From a virus, in IMG/VR virus record IMGVR_UViG_3300038301_000548, positions 32,001-96,000 of that record: a DNA stretch of 64,000 bases, one strand, 5' to 3'. The translations under genes and the position numbers were made by a program. Each line of letters begins with the position of its first letter. Positions within the stretch are counted from its first letter, which is position 1. Under the pieces are notes generated by a model. That model saw nothing but the letters and a program-made list of their open reading frames with translations. It searched no databases and was not told the DNA's origin. Of the stretch, positions 8,230-18,093 are shown piece after piece.

Positions 8230-10439
8230 ATCAGAACAGGAGCTTGCGGTTCATAGCTTGCGGGAAGATACCTGAGCTGGCTCATGTTAAGGGCTCCTTG
8301 GTCTTGCTCTCTAGGTAGGCAGATCTCGTCTATAATAGACATCAAGTTGTTATACATTTCATCTGCTCGCGATGATAAATCAAAGTTGCGGCCGCCACCT
8401 GCAATTGCAATTTCGTCCCAACCGTAAAAGGCTAGTGCAAAGGTGTACAACTTTGTATTTGGGGCCGCCTGAAGCGCTGCTGTTAACTCGGGTGATCTAA
8501 ATTCCGGATTCATATACGATTGTTCGTCTTCGTCTGTAAATACTATGATAATGCGGTCAGTCTCCTGTCTCCAGTTAAGAAAGAACCCTCCAATATCCGG
8601 GATAGACATAACGCCCTGCACCCATCGCCTGTTTTGAAAGTCGACATGCAAGGGCGCCAGGTTTCTCAGGGCTAACATTACTGCGTCCATATGCATCTCA
8701 AGACCGCCATCGAATTCGGCTGGGTCTAGGGCTACAAAGTCTGCAAAAAACTGAGGGAACATTGATATATTTGAGACCATCGTCAAAACTTCTAGTTCTG
8801 AGCGTGGATGCGCAGGGTCCGTTGTCCTCGTTGGGCCAACAATAAGGCCCCATCGGATTGCCTGTTCTGCTGCAAAGTGTTGGCCAAAACGAGACAGGGC
8901 CTGAGTCACTGCTCTGATTTCCCCTGTCATGGATCCACTAGTGTCTAGAACAAGCAAGATGTCGGTGTCTCTTACTTCTTCACCGTAGTCGACATTTCCA
9001 TCGCAGTCATCATCCGACCCGTTGCAAACCTCCTCCATTGGTACCACCTCACCTTCACACAAGTTGACAGTCCAGTCACCATCGTTATTCGGTCCGCCCC
9101 AGCGGCCCTCGAAGCAGGACTGTTCACCGGGCAGACATATACCTGTCCCTAATGTATCTCTTGGGCCAGAATAGCATGCGCGTGTTAAGTTTTCGTCTAA
9201 AATGTCGTCGCAGTCTTCGTCAAAGTTGTTGCAGACTTCCTCTTGTATTGGTCTACCAATCCCGGGGTTGCATTCTTCGCCCTGATCCAGGGGCAGGAAT
9301 GCACATAGAGCCATACACGGACTCATTGCAATCACGGTGCAATCAATATCTTGACAATAACAAGTCTTAAACCCTTGACCACAGAATAAGGGTTCTTCTG
9401 CGCAGGGAAACAGCGCGTCGACTTGATCAATTGTGCACAAGCAGTTGATACCCTCGTCTGGGATCCCATCGCAGTCATTGTCTAAGCCATCACACTCTTC
9501 GTCCGATGGGGGGCGCGCGGTACAAGAGACCCACTGGGCAGCGATGCAGCTCTCCACTCCTCTCTCGCAGGGAGTTTCGCACTCTCTGATCAGACCTTCA
9601 TCCGTTAATTCGTCGCAATCGTTATCAACCCCATCACAAATCTCCGGAGGTACCTCGCCGCATTCGTTACATACATTTCGCTGACCTTCGTCGATGTTGC
9701 CATCGCAATCGTCATCGATAAAATTACATACCTCTTCTTGCGGCTCGCGGTTGACACAATCTATCAATACACCACCAACACACAGGCCGACGCCCGGGCC
9801 GCATTCGTCCTCACAGACTATTGGGTTCTCATCGATGCGCTCATCGCAATCATTATCTATGCCATCACATATTTCCGGATCTTCACAAGAAGTGCATGGG
9901 CCATGGATTATCTGCCCCTTATCACATAACACCCTTTGCCTGCCTGTGCGCCCATCTGCCAATTGGCACTCGAACCAGCGTAAAAAATCGCGCGAAGAAC
10001 CGGGGGGACACTCGTGGGTCACCTGACACTCGCTCCGATTAATAATCTGTGGGGGTGGACAGTCTGGATCTGGACCAAACTCACAAGCCTCTCCGGCCGG
10101 ATTACAAACCTCTATAGTAACCTGCATAGACTGTATGGTGTTATCTGGTTGTGGTGGACAGAACCACTCTTGCACCTCGCAACAATCAGGCAGGCAGCTG
10201 CAATAAGCCTCATGGTCCTCCACTGTCACTGTGTCACATCGAGTTACCATTGCATCTGGTGGGCCAGCATCAATGGAAGCATCCCAGTTAAGAAGCGGGA
10301 CGTTTGAGTCAGGCACTGACTGGTCAACTCCAGAGTCCGACACAGCTAGGCGGCCGCCATCGGAAGGTTGTTCAAAGTTGGTCACGGCTGTTTCATCGCT
10401 GCAACCAAAAAAAAGTATAATAAATAATAATCTTTTCAT
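8220..10439 (-). CDS. Putative lipoprotein with Cys/Asp-rich (MopE-related) repeats and C-terminal vWA domain
   Basis: Signal MKRLLFIILFFGC (start 10439, right after the thyX stop); six E(I/V)C(D/N)xxD(N/D/E)DCDxxxDE repeats; vWA MIDAS DTSGSM plus IIIVFTDED. Confidence 0.85.
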   Translation of the reverse strand: MKRLLFIILFFGCSDETAVTNFEQPSDGGRLAVSDSGVDQSVPDSNVPLLNWDASIDAGPPDAMVTRCDTVTVEDHEAYCSCLPDCCEVQEWFCPPQPDNTIQSMQVTIEVCNPAGEACEFGPDPDCPPPQIINRSECQVTHECPPGSSRDFLRWFECQLADGRTGRQRVLCDKGQIIHGPCTSCEDPEICDGIDNDCDERIDENPIVCEDECGPGVGLCVGGVLIDCVNREPQEEVCNFIDDDCDGNIDEGQRNVCNECGEVPPEICDGVDNDCDELTDEGLIRECETPCERGVESCIAAQWVSCTARPPSDEECDGLDNDCDGIPDEGINCLCTIDQVDALFPCAEEPLFCGQGFKTCYCQDIDCTVIAMSPCMALCAFLPLDQGEECNPGIGRPIQEEVCNNFDEDCDDILDENLTRACYSGPRDTLGTGICLPGEQSCFEGRWGGPNNDGDWTVNLCEGEVVPMEEVCNGSDDDCDGNVDYGEEVRDTDILLVLDTSGSMTGEIRAVTQALSRFGQHFAAEQAIRWGLIVGPTRTTDPAHPRSELEVLTMVSNISMFPQFFADFVALDPAEFDGGLEMHMDAVMLALRNLAPLHVDFQNRRWVQGVMSIPDIGGFFLNWRQETDRIIIVFTDEDEQSYMNPEFRSPELTAALQAAPNTKLYTFALAFYGWDEIAIAGGGRNFDLSSRADEMYNNLMSIIDEICLPREQDQGALNMSQLRYLPASYEPQAPVLMCY

Positions 10440-10440
10440 T

Positions 10441-11145
10441 TTATAAGTCCATGTTATGTTTTTTGATAAATGCCGCTGTGGCATAGGGAAATTTGTGTTT
10501 TGCTATCCTTAAGCAAGCCTTTGCAACTTGCTGGATCTCCCATTGAGCACCAGCGTGGATACGCAAAGAGACAAACTTTAATAAATTATGCAAGTTCACT
10601 GTTCCATAATACTCTGTATATAAGTTTTGTGGCAGGACACCTCTTGCCTGTTCTCTACATACTCCAGCTTCCATCATCGCGGTATACAAGTTGATGCTTC
10701 GCGTGTTGTGGTTGGACACTGCAGCAGAAGCCTTCTCGAACCCTATCCCAAGGTAAGATGAATCCAGAGTCGGGTCAATTAGTTCGTCTAGACTAGCTTG
10801 GCGGTTGCTCTTGTGTTGTGTCCTAAATTTAACTGGGTTATAAAATTTCATACCCACACTGGTATACCTGCGGCTGATTTCGTTGTAAGCCCAGGTCCTG
10901 TGTCTATGGTGTTGGGACCTTATGAATAGAGGAACAATAAAACGCATTGTAATAGAACAATGCTCAAATGGGCTAGTGTGATTGTGCTCCATGAGGTAGT
11001 TAATAAGTTTAATATCTTTTTCATCTAGGTCATCCTTTTCTGCTCCGAAAGAAACGCGAGCAGCGTTAACAATTGTTAAATCATCGCCCATGTGTGCAAC
11101 GTAGTCAACAGAGCCAATTCCGTCATCAAACAATTCAAGCTTCAT
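10441..11145 (-). CDS. thyX: FAD-dependent thymidylate synthase
   Basis: AARVSF, HTSPFEH, ThyX motif RHRTWAYNEISRRY, EQARGVLP, LRIHAGAQWEI. Confidence 0.96.
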   Translation of the reverse strand: MKLELFDDGIGSVDYVAHMGDDLTIVNAARVSFGAEKDDLDEKDIKLINYLMEHNHTSPFEHCSITMRFIVPLFIRSQHHRHRTWAYNEISRRYTSVGMKFYNPVKFRTQHKSNRQASLDELIDPTLDSSYLGIGFEKASAAVSNHNTRSINLYTAMMEAGVCREQARGVLPQNLYTEYYGTVNLHNLLKFVSLRIHAGAQWEIQQVAKACLRIAKHKFPYATAAFIKKHNMDL

Positions 11146-11455
11146 TCGGCCCTCGCAGAAAGCCTATAACGTAATTTTCTAATATTACATAATATGATTT
11201 ATCGCCTACAGAGACTTCCTCGACCATGGCGCGCTGGACGATGACCTGCCTAGGTGAGTCAGAGGCTCTGAGCATCTGTATCTCAGGTGAGCAATCTTTT
11301 GCGATGTCAAGAACTGTAGCTGGAATGTATCTGTCTTCCTCCATTTCAAAATCGTCTGGCACTAATACACCAGTGTTGGTTTCATTTTTTTTAACGTGAG
11401 GTATGATCGTTAAATGGCGATTTACTGGTTTTAGGATTGGGGGAATTCTAGACAT
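11135..11455 (-). CDS. groES: GroES-like co-chaperonin
   Basis: LKPVNRHLTI, mobile loop TNTGVLVPD, C-terminal YYVILENYVIGFL. Confidence 0.75.
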   Translation of the reverse strand: MSRIPPILKPVNRHLTIIPHVKKNETNTGVLVPDDFEMEEDRYIPATVLDIAKDCSPEIQMLRASDSPRQVIVQRAMVEEVSVGDKSYYVILENYVIGFLRGPNEA

Positions 11456-11720
11456 TGATGCTCCTCACTGTTCTCTTAAGTTTGTTGAAGTACTCTGTTA
11501 GTTGTTCCATGTCTGTATCTGACTTTACCAGTCTGTAAGCCTTCACTGCTAGTCTCATTTCTTCTTTAGAGAGCCAGCCATTATCATCATATGATTCTCT
11601 CAGATCTCTGCGCTGTTCCTTAAATGGCTCCATGGCGTCCTCGATGGCAGCGAATTCCCTAACATAGTTAGAAATATGCTCTTCAGTTGTTAAAAGTTTG
11701 TCGTCTTGATTGAAACTCAT
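11448..11720 (-). CDS. GapR/DUF2312-like small DNA-binding protein
   Basis: Helical pattern ISNYVREFAAIEDAMEPFKEQRRDLRESY...MRLAVKAYRL resembles GapR / T4 DsbA-type proteins. Confidence 0.55.
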   Translation of the reverse strand: MSFNQDDKLLTTEEHISNYVREFAAIEDAMEPFKEQRRDLRESYDDNGWLSKEEMRLAVKAYRLVKSDTDMEQLTEYFNKLKRTVRSINV

Positions 11721-11752
11721 TGTTTTTTCCTTTTTTGTTGAGTTGTATTATA

Positions 11753-11781
11753 ATAATATTATATTTTATCAAATTTGTCAA
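11753..11781 (-). promoter_or_regulatory. Sigma-70-type promoter
   Basis: TTGACA (11781-11776), 17-nt spacer, TATTAT (11758-11753), upstream of the GapR-like gene. Confidence 0.7.
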
Positions 11782-11786
11782 GCGTT

Positions 11787-13649
11787 TTAAACAAATTTTA
11801 TTTCGCAGGCGCCGCCGGCACAAGCAGCTTCGCTCTTAAGGTCAGTGTTGTCTTCAGCTTCTGTAACTTTAGTTAAATCGATACTGGTTAAAGAGTCCAT
11901 CATTACGTCATAAGTCTCTTTCGAGCAATCTTCAAAGGGTGCTTGGGTGTACGTCCCCCCGTCATATGGAAGCACGGATAAGCCATTGTAACTTGTCCTG
12001 TTCTCCCACATCCATTCCCCTACATCAACCCACTCCGCATCTTTGATTGAAATTGTCGCGGATATATTGTGCGTATTCTGCCCTTTACGGAATCCAGGTT
12101 TTACCCACTCATCAGTTACTAGCTTGACTCGCTTCAGCAATTGAAGCGCCGATTCAGTTCTCATAATTGAACCTTCGGGTGCCTTTTGCGGAATAGAAAT
12201 GACGGCAGTGGTGTGAGGGTTAAAATACTCGTCCTCAACCAACTCTGGGTGGTTCTCTAGCAAGTAAGAATAGATTGCCTCATTTTTGCCCACTCTAAGT
12301 CTTCTGATATAATAATCATTGTGCCAAGCGTGGATGCCAGAGCTAGTCCCTAGGGTTAAGCTAGTAGTGCCGGCCGGCTTCACGCAAGTGGTTCGTGCTG
12401 CGGGCTTGATACCGATAATCTCAGCTGTTTTTGCATTCTCTTCTTTAACGGCTCGTGCTGCCGCTTTCATGTCAAGTTGTAATACTGCGTTTGAGGCAAT
12501 GCCAGTCATCGACACACCGATTAAGGCGTCTTTCTCTGTTGTCCTTCTCCAGACGTCACGGAGATAGTGAAAATCTGTATAACTAGCCTGGAGAGTTCCA
12601 ATGAAAGCCCCAGCCCTTACTCGGTTCTCTAAATCTTCTTGGCTTTCAACATTCGATACGTTGACCTCTGTTAGATTGCAGAACTGATAAGGTCTCAGGC
12701 CGATCTCGCAGCAAGGGTTTGTTCCCCAATCCTTATCGTTCGAAAAATAAAACCCTGGTTCACCTGCTCCAGACGCCTTTACCCTATCCCAAAGATCCAT
12801 AAAGTATTCCTTGTCGATCTTATGGCGGAGTAGTACAACAGAGTTGTTCGCTCTACCTCGTTGTGGGTTCTTCTCCCACCAATCACCAGTCTTGGCGGAG
12901 ATCATCTCTTGGTCGTCAGCTGAGAATAGTGAGATCAGTGCTGCTCTGCGGATACCACCAGCTAGAACTGCATCAGCGATATAACAAATCATATCGTGAA
13001 CCTCAATAGAGGACAGTTTATCCCCATTATCCTTCTCGCTTAACATGCCCTCCAGTTTAACAAGGCACTCACGAAGAGGTTGTGGGCCTGGAGCTTTGCC
13101 GCCACTTGTAATAAGCGCGGCGCCTTTTGGCCTAATATCAGAAAAGTCGAATCTTAACTTAGAGCCACCATTGAAATAACTTCGGACGAGTGCCTTTACA
13201 GCATCAGCCCAGCCTTCGATGGAGTCATTTACTAGGAATCGACGTGTCCTCTTGGGGTTGGGTTTGGTAATCTCAGGGAGTTTCTCGACGTGGTGCGTCT
13301 GCACGCTGTAGCCAACGCCAGTTCCACCCAAAAGCAGAAACATCGCCTCGCCGAAGGAGCGCCAATCGTCTATGGGCATAAAGGCACAATTAAAGATACG
13401 ATTAGGTGCAACTTCAATTGGCTTTCCGCCGAACTGCATCGAGCGCATCGAGGGGAGCACCTTCTTATCACGAACCATCTTATAAGCTTTTCTTATCTGA
13501 AGTTCTAACTGAGGGGACCTCTTAAGGTGCATGTTCATATTTCGCGTTACTAGTTCCTCCCACGTCTCTCTTCTTTGCTCATCATCTAAATAGCGGGCAT
13601 ACTTCATGTGTACTGTAATCTCTGATAAGATCTTATTTGATAGCTCCAT
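11787..13649 (-). CDS. nrdJ: Class II (adenosylcobalamin-dependent) ribonucleotide reductase
   Basis: LPSMRSMQFGG, FNCAF, GGTGVGYS, GGIRRAALI, TNPCCEI, CNLTEVN, TTCVKPAGT, C-terminal CAGGACE. Confidence 0.93.
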   Translation of the reverse strand: MELSNKILSEITVHMKYARYLDDEQRRETWEELVTRNMNMHLKRSPQLELQIRKAYKMVRDKKVLPSMRSMQFGGKPIEVAPNRIFNCAFMPIDDWRSFGEAMFLLLGGTGVGYSVQTHHVEKLPEITKPNPKRTRRFLVNDSIEGWADAVKALVRSYFNGGSKLRFDFSDIRPKGAALITSGGKAPGPQPLRECLVKLEGMLSEKDNGDKLSSIEVHDMICYIADAVLAGGIRRAALISLFSADDQEMISAKTGDWWEKNPQRGRANNSVVLLRHKIDKEYFMDLWDRVKASGAGEPGFYFSNDKDWGTNPCCEIGLRPYQFCNLTEVNVSNVESQEDLENRVRAGAFIGTLQASYTDFHYLRDVWRRTTEKDALIGVSMTGIASNAVLQLDMKAAARAVKEENAKTAEIIGIKPAARTTCVKPAGTTSLTLGTSSGIHAWHNDYYIRRLRVGKNEAIYSYLLENHPELVEDEYFNPHTTAVISIPQKAPEGSIMRTESALQLLKRVKLVTDEWVKPGFRKGQNTHNISATISIKDAEWVDVGEWMWENRTSYNGLSVLPYDGGTYTQAPFEDCSKETYDVMMDSLTSIDLTKVTEAEDNTDLKSEAACAGGACEIKFV

Positions 13650-13650
13650 A

Positions 13651-15030
13651 TTAACTTACTCCTTTTTGTTCCTTCTTAAAACTTGCATACTTTTGCTTTA
13701 GATTATCTAGCCGCACTTTTGACGACTTCTCCATTATATCACTAATTGACTCGTTTGTTTGATTTAAAACTTTTATTTTTACATTGCTAGTATCCATAAA
13801 CAGAGGGAATATAAGGCCATCTGGGCCATTCCTGTTCTTCGCTAAAAAAATGCGACCTGTGTTAGTGTTTTTATCCTCAACTGTTCTTGAGACTGTAAAG
13901 ATAAAATCTGCGACGAAACACTTATTGAATGCTTCGGAGATGGACTCCATAGTAATAACTTCAGCGTTTAAACCTGACCTATTCGTCTGAGATGCTGTCC
14001 AAACTGGACACTCACTCTCCTGCGCTAGGCCTCGCAATTCTTCATAAATAGTTTCCAGTTGGTGTCTTTTCTCGTCTCTTCCGGAAGATTCTGGCTTTAT
14101 TAGGTCCCCATAGTCAATGATTATCATATCTGGTACAAAGTCTCTTCTTCGTAACTTATCAATATGATTCTTAATTGTCTGAATGGACGCGGATCGCGTT
14201 GGATACTCTTTTACAATTAATTTTCCTGTTAAATCTTTTATCTCATCGTAAATTTTCTCTTTAAAAATTGTTAAGTTCTTTAGCTCTACACCAGTTATGG
14301 CGGAATCATAACGACTTGCGACGATCGTGTCCGCAAGCTCTAGTGTATAGTGCAGCACATGCTTGCCCTGCTTAAGAGCTGCAGCACCCAGATGGACAAG
14401 AACCATAGACTTGCCAGCTCCAGTAGGGGCCACTACTACTCCTAACTCGCCTTTACCTAAGCCACCCTTCGCAACATCATCTATCTGCTGCCAACCGGTT
14501 GATACGGGGTTCCTAGCCTTTAGCTCAAACCTCTTCTCAAAGTCTGCGAGATACTCGTAGCCAAATGAATTATCTGATCCCAGCTTAAGGGCTCCGTCGA
14601 TAACTTTAGAAACTTCGTCAAATGAAGAGTTCTTGATGAGGTCTACTGACTTAATCAATGCTTCTTTGAGTTTTTGCTTCTTGCAAAAGTCTAGTGCTGT
14701 GTCTTTGATGTATTCCGAAGAATTAGGGATCTCACCTTTTGCCAAAACCCTGGCGTAGTATTCTCGGATTCGTACTTTAACTGATTCGGGGTATGCATCC
14801 AAACCTGTTCGTATGATCGAATGCATAATATTAGATGTGGGGTGGACTCCATACTTCTTCCTGTATTTTGCTATCTTATCAATGAAAACTCGCAGATGCT
14901 TAAGCTCTAGAAAGTTTAGATCTAGTACCTCAAACATCTGATCCGCGAATGGGCGGTCGTTCAACACCAGATGACAAAGGTCTTCTTGAAATGACTTTCC
15001 GAATTTTGAAAAACTAACTGCTTGTTCCAT
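13651..15030 (-). CDS. Replicative DnaB-like helicase (T4 gp41-like)
   Basis: Walker A APTGAGKS, IIIDYGDLI, WTASQTNR, KNRNGPDG. Confidence 0.92.
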   Translation of the reverse strand: MEQAVSFSKFGKSFQEDLCHLVLNDRPFADQMFEVLDLNFLELKHLRVFIDKIAKYRKKYGVHPTSNIMHSIIRTGLDAYPESVKVRIREYYARVLAKGEIPNSSEYIKDTALDFCKKQKLKEALIKSVDLIKNSSFDEVSKVIDGALKLGSDNSFGYEYLADFEKRFELKARNPVSTGWQQIDDVAKGGLGKGELGVVVAPTGAGKSMVLVHLGAAALKQGKHVLHYTLELADTIVASRYDSAITGVELKNLTIFKEKIYDEIKDLTGKLIVKEYPTRSASIQTIKNHIDKLRRRDFVPDMIIIDYGDLIKPESSGRDEKRHQLETIYEELRGLAQESECPVWTASQTNRSGLNAEVITMESISEAFNKCFVADFIFTVSRTVEDKNTNTGRIFLAKNRNGPDGLIFPLFMDTSNVKIKVLNQTNESISDIMEKSSKVRLDNLKQKYASFKKEQKGVS

Positions 15031-15071
15031 GTTATTCCTTATTTGTTACTTAGATAGTATAGCAGGCTTTC

Positions 15072-16043
15072 CTATGAAAAGGAAGTGATAATATCATTAA
15101 ATTTTTGCTCTAAATCCTGCATATTCACTGTTAGGACACCGTCTTGAAGCATCAGTTTTCTCATCTCTGTTTGGTTGTAGTGGGGGTTAAACTCTTCGAA
15201 TGTTTCATCAATCCGGTTCTTACTCTGTGGTGATAAGCAAGGCGATGAGAGCTGCATAATATTGTAGTTGTCTTCAATAAGATTTTCTGATTCCAGAACG
15301 TTGTTGTAAAGTTTAAGCTTGTTTTCCTCTTTTTCACACTCATGAATAACATCTGCTACAAAGTAATCGGTATCTTCTTTGAGGAATGAGAACCTCTTTG
15401 CCACTGTTCCAAGACCTACACGTGGGACACCAGGGAGGTTATCGCTGGGGTCTCCAGCCATTGCTCGGGCAAGTGCAAAATTCTTCGGATGAATACCAAA
15501 CTTCTCAATAACCATATTAGTGTTTAGCACTTCTTTCTGAATTGGCCTAAACAGTAGAGTCTTTTCATCCAAAAGCTGTATAAAATCCTTGTCTGCAGAA
15601 ACGATTACCTTTTGCCACTCTGAAAACATCGGCGTATTCTTGACATAAGATATAACGTCATCGGCTTCCACTTCAGGTTCCATAAACTGGACAATTGGTG
15701 TCTGGTTAAGGTATTCTACCACCCTAAGCTGCTGCCAGAGCTTGTTATTGTCTGTATCCTGTGGGGTCATCTCATCTGAGTTCCAATTAACTCTGAGTGG
15801 TTTTCTTCCTGCTTTGTAATTCTTATTCATCGATCGGCGTTTCTTCGAACCTCCTTTGCCATCCCACACTACCACAATCATGTCAGGAGAAATCTCCCTA
15901 GTGATCTTGTTCATGATGTTGATAAAGGTTCTCATGCCTCCGATGGGATTTCCATTGGGGTTTTTACTTGGGTCGACGATGTATCCCCGTAGGAACTGGT
16001 TGAATGCGTCAACAATCATTACTCTCTTCATTTGTTTCTCCAT
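15072..16043 (-). CDS. 5'-3' exonuclease / flap endonuclease (Pol I N-terminal domain or T4 RNase H-like)
   Basis: MIVDAFN, VVVWDG, EADDVI, IVSADKDFIQL, GDPSDNLPGVPRVG. Confidence 0.92.
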   Translation of the reverse strand: MEKQMKRVMIVDAFNQFLRGYIVDPSKNPNGNPIGGMRTFINIMNKITREISPDMIVVVWDGKGGSKKRRSMNKNYKAGRKPLRVNWNSDEMTPQDTDNNKLWQQLRVVEYLNQTPIVQFMEPEVEADDVISYVKNTPMFSEWQKVIVSADKDFIQLLDEKTLLFRPIQKEVLNTNMVIEKFGIHPKNFALARAMAGDPSDNLPGVPRVGLGTVAKRFSFLKEDTDYFVADVIHECEKEENKLKLYNNVLESENLIEDNYNIMQLSSPCLSPQSKNRIDETFEEFNPHYNQTEMRKLMLQDGVLTVNMQDLEQKFNDIITSFS

Positions 16044-16072
16044 AAAAAAAGCCCACCGAAGAGGTGGGCTTT
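16044..16072 (-). terminator. Rho-independent terminator after recA
   Basis: GCCCACC / GGTGGGC stem followed by T7 on the minus strand. Confidence 0.75.
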
Positions 16073-16076
16073 GTGT

Positions 16077-17213
16077 TTAGCTGTCTGGCTTCGCGACCGG
16101 ATCGTCCGTATCGTAGAAGTCGTCAGCTTTGCCTTCTCTATTCTTGAACTTCATAATAACATCTTCGTCCATAATTGTCAAGACACTTTGTTTGAATTTT
16201 TCATCGCTCAATTTGTCTACCCAGTTCTTGCGCTGGAACTTTACTTCAGTGCCATCATTCTGAACCAAGGTAAACCAAGCTCCTGATTGGAGAAGTCTAT
16301 CAGAAACTTGAATGGCATCAAACCAACTTTCCTCATCTTGGACTCCGATACTATCGTCTCCCCATAGGATCTTAAAGTTACAATGACGACCAGCTGTACC
16401 AAAACGAGACTTTTCAAGCTTCGCTTTGACTTCTGAGCCTATTCTGAATCCATTGTCATCTTGCACGAAAGAAGCTTTAGCTTTTCGCCCAGTAAGCCAA
16501 ATGCGCAAAGAATAAGCATAGTGCATCGCTTTACCGCCGGGGGTTACATAAGGAGTTGTCATAGCCTCAGACGGTGAACGTGTAATATTCGTCTTTAGCT
16601 GATTGAGCACCAAAAATGTCGCTTTACTGTTGGCGATTGGTACTGTTAGTTTTGACATACCCTTAGATAAGATCCTTGGCTTCACAGCCATTGATGATTG
16701 AGGGTTAAAATCACCCTCAACATCTGACATAGAAGGAGTTAGGGCCAGAGAGTCCCAAATGAACAGCCACTTGTTCCCTGTCCCCAACAGCTCTTCAATA
16801 GTTTCCAGGACAAACTCGACTGATTCTGCTTGAACATACATAAGACGTTCAAGGTCACAGCCGGCTCTTTCTAGGAAACTTGGATCAAGGGCTGACTCAG
16901 AGTCGAAGTAAACCACGTCAATGCCCATCTTTTGAGCATTGCCGGCCACTTGTGCAGCCATGAATGATTTACCGGTTGCTTCCAAGCCTGCAATCTCTGA
17001 AATCTTACCGACTGGAATGCCAGCAAGTTTTCCCTTGCAGATAATTGAATCTAACCATCTTGAGCCGGTAGAAATCCATTCACTCACTTCAGTTGGGTTA
17101 TTGTCCTGAAGTGAATGTGCGACTTCTCTACCTGCTTTTTTGTTGATGATATTGCGGACTGCAGCAATATCCAGCGAACCCTTCTTTAGTTTTGATACTT
17201 TAGGTCTAGCCAC
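16077..17213 (-). CDS. recA: RecA/UvsX-like recombinase
   Basis: ISTGS..LD, Walker A GLEATGKS, FDSESALD, WDSLA, NQLK, TPGGKAMHYAYSLRI. Confidence 0.93.
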   Translation of the reverse strand: MARPKVSKLKKGSLDIAAVRNIINKKAGREVAHSLQDNNPTEVSEWISTGSRWLDSIICKGKLAGIPVGKISEIAGLEATGKSFMAAQVAGNAQKMGIDVVYFDSESALDPSFLERAGCDLERLMYVQAESVEFVLETIEELLGTGNKWLFIWDSLALTPSMSDVEGDFNPQSSMAVKPRILSKGMSKLTVPIANSKATFLVLNQLKTNITRSPSEAMTTPYVTPGGKAMHYAYSLRIWLTGRKAKASFVQDDNGFRIGSEVKAKLEKSRFGTAGRHCNFKILWGDDSIGVQDEESWFDAIQVSDRLLQSGAWFTLVQNDGTEVKFQRKNWVDKLSDEKFKQSVLTIMDEDVIMKFKNREGKADDFYDTDDPVAKPDS

Positions 17214-17223
17214 TGTTGACTCC

Positions 17224-17976
17224 TTAAGAATTCAGAAGATCGTTAAAAGCTGATTCAACAGCATTTGTAGATCCTCCAGTCGGTGTCCCATATTTCACAA
17301 CTTCAGAATTGCCAGAATCAGTTGCCATGAACTGATCGAGAATAGACTTCACTTCTTCGGTCGTCTTTCGTTCGAAGAGGTCGTCAAAACTTGGGATGGT
17401 CTCCAACAACTCTGCGCACCTTTCGTCGCCTCCGACTGCATCATCACAAAGGATTGTCTTCCGTGGTCGTGGACGAATATCTGTTCGAGGGAAAGAAGCA
17501 CCGGGCAGCTTGCCGTACATAAGCTTCAAGTCGTTACCACTCTCTGGGTCCGTGATGTCTCCATAGTCTGGATCAAGGACGATTGTCAAGAGCTTCTCAT
17601 AGGCCATCTTACCGTATCCCCAAACACGAATACCTTGATCTTCTTCTCCGCGGACAAGAACCGGTGAGAAGAAGCGTTGCTTTGCAAAGAGATCCTTTGC
17701 TTGCTTCTTACTCTCCTCTGTGCCCTCATTCCAGAGTTTGTTTGCAAAATCGCAGACAGGGCAAGCATCGCCAAAGTTTCTCTTTGGACAGAGAAAACCT
17801 GATGTGCCTACATTATAATGGAAGTACCTCTCCTTGAAGGGGTCTCCGTCTGGTGTCGAGACAATACGAACATTGTTCTCACCGTCTTCGGGTCGCCAGA
17901 ATTGATTTTTACTTCCGTCGCCCTTTCCGTTTAATTTATCTAATTTTCCACGCATTGCGTCTAAATTAAGTGCCAT
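17224..17976 (-). CDS. Single-stranded DNA-binding protein (gp32-like)
   Basis: FWRP, HY...CP...CPVC zinc site, IRVWGYG, DPDYGDITDPESGNDL, acidic tail AFNDLLNS. Confidence 0.8.
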   Translation of the reverse strand: MALNLDAMRGKLDKLNGKGDGSKNQFWRPEDGENNVRIVSTPDGDPFKERYFHYNVGTSGFLCPKRNFGDACPVCDFANKLWNEGTEESKKQAKDLFAKQRFFSPVLVRGEEDQGIRVWGYGKMAYEKLLTIVLDPDYGDITDPESGNDLKLMYGKLPGASFPRTDIRPRPRKTILCDDAVGGDERCAELLETIPSFDDLFERKTTEEVKSILDQFMATDSGNSEVVKYGTPTGGSTNAVESAFNDLLNS

Positions 17977-18059
17977 GTTGTATTACCTCCTATTGGTATA
18001 TTATTTTTTTTGCACGTTTGGCTATAGCAGGTCAGCGAATTTCCTGACCAACTCTATAT

Positions 18060-18088
18060 ACTATACTATATTTTGATGTTTAAGTCAA
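18060..18088 (-). promoter_or_regulatory. Sigma-70-type promoter for SSB/recA
   Basis: TTGACT (18088-18083), 17-nt spacer, TATAGT (18065-18060). Confidence 0.65.
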
Positions 18089-18093
18089 GTAGA

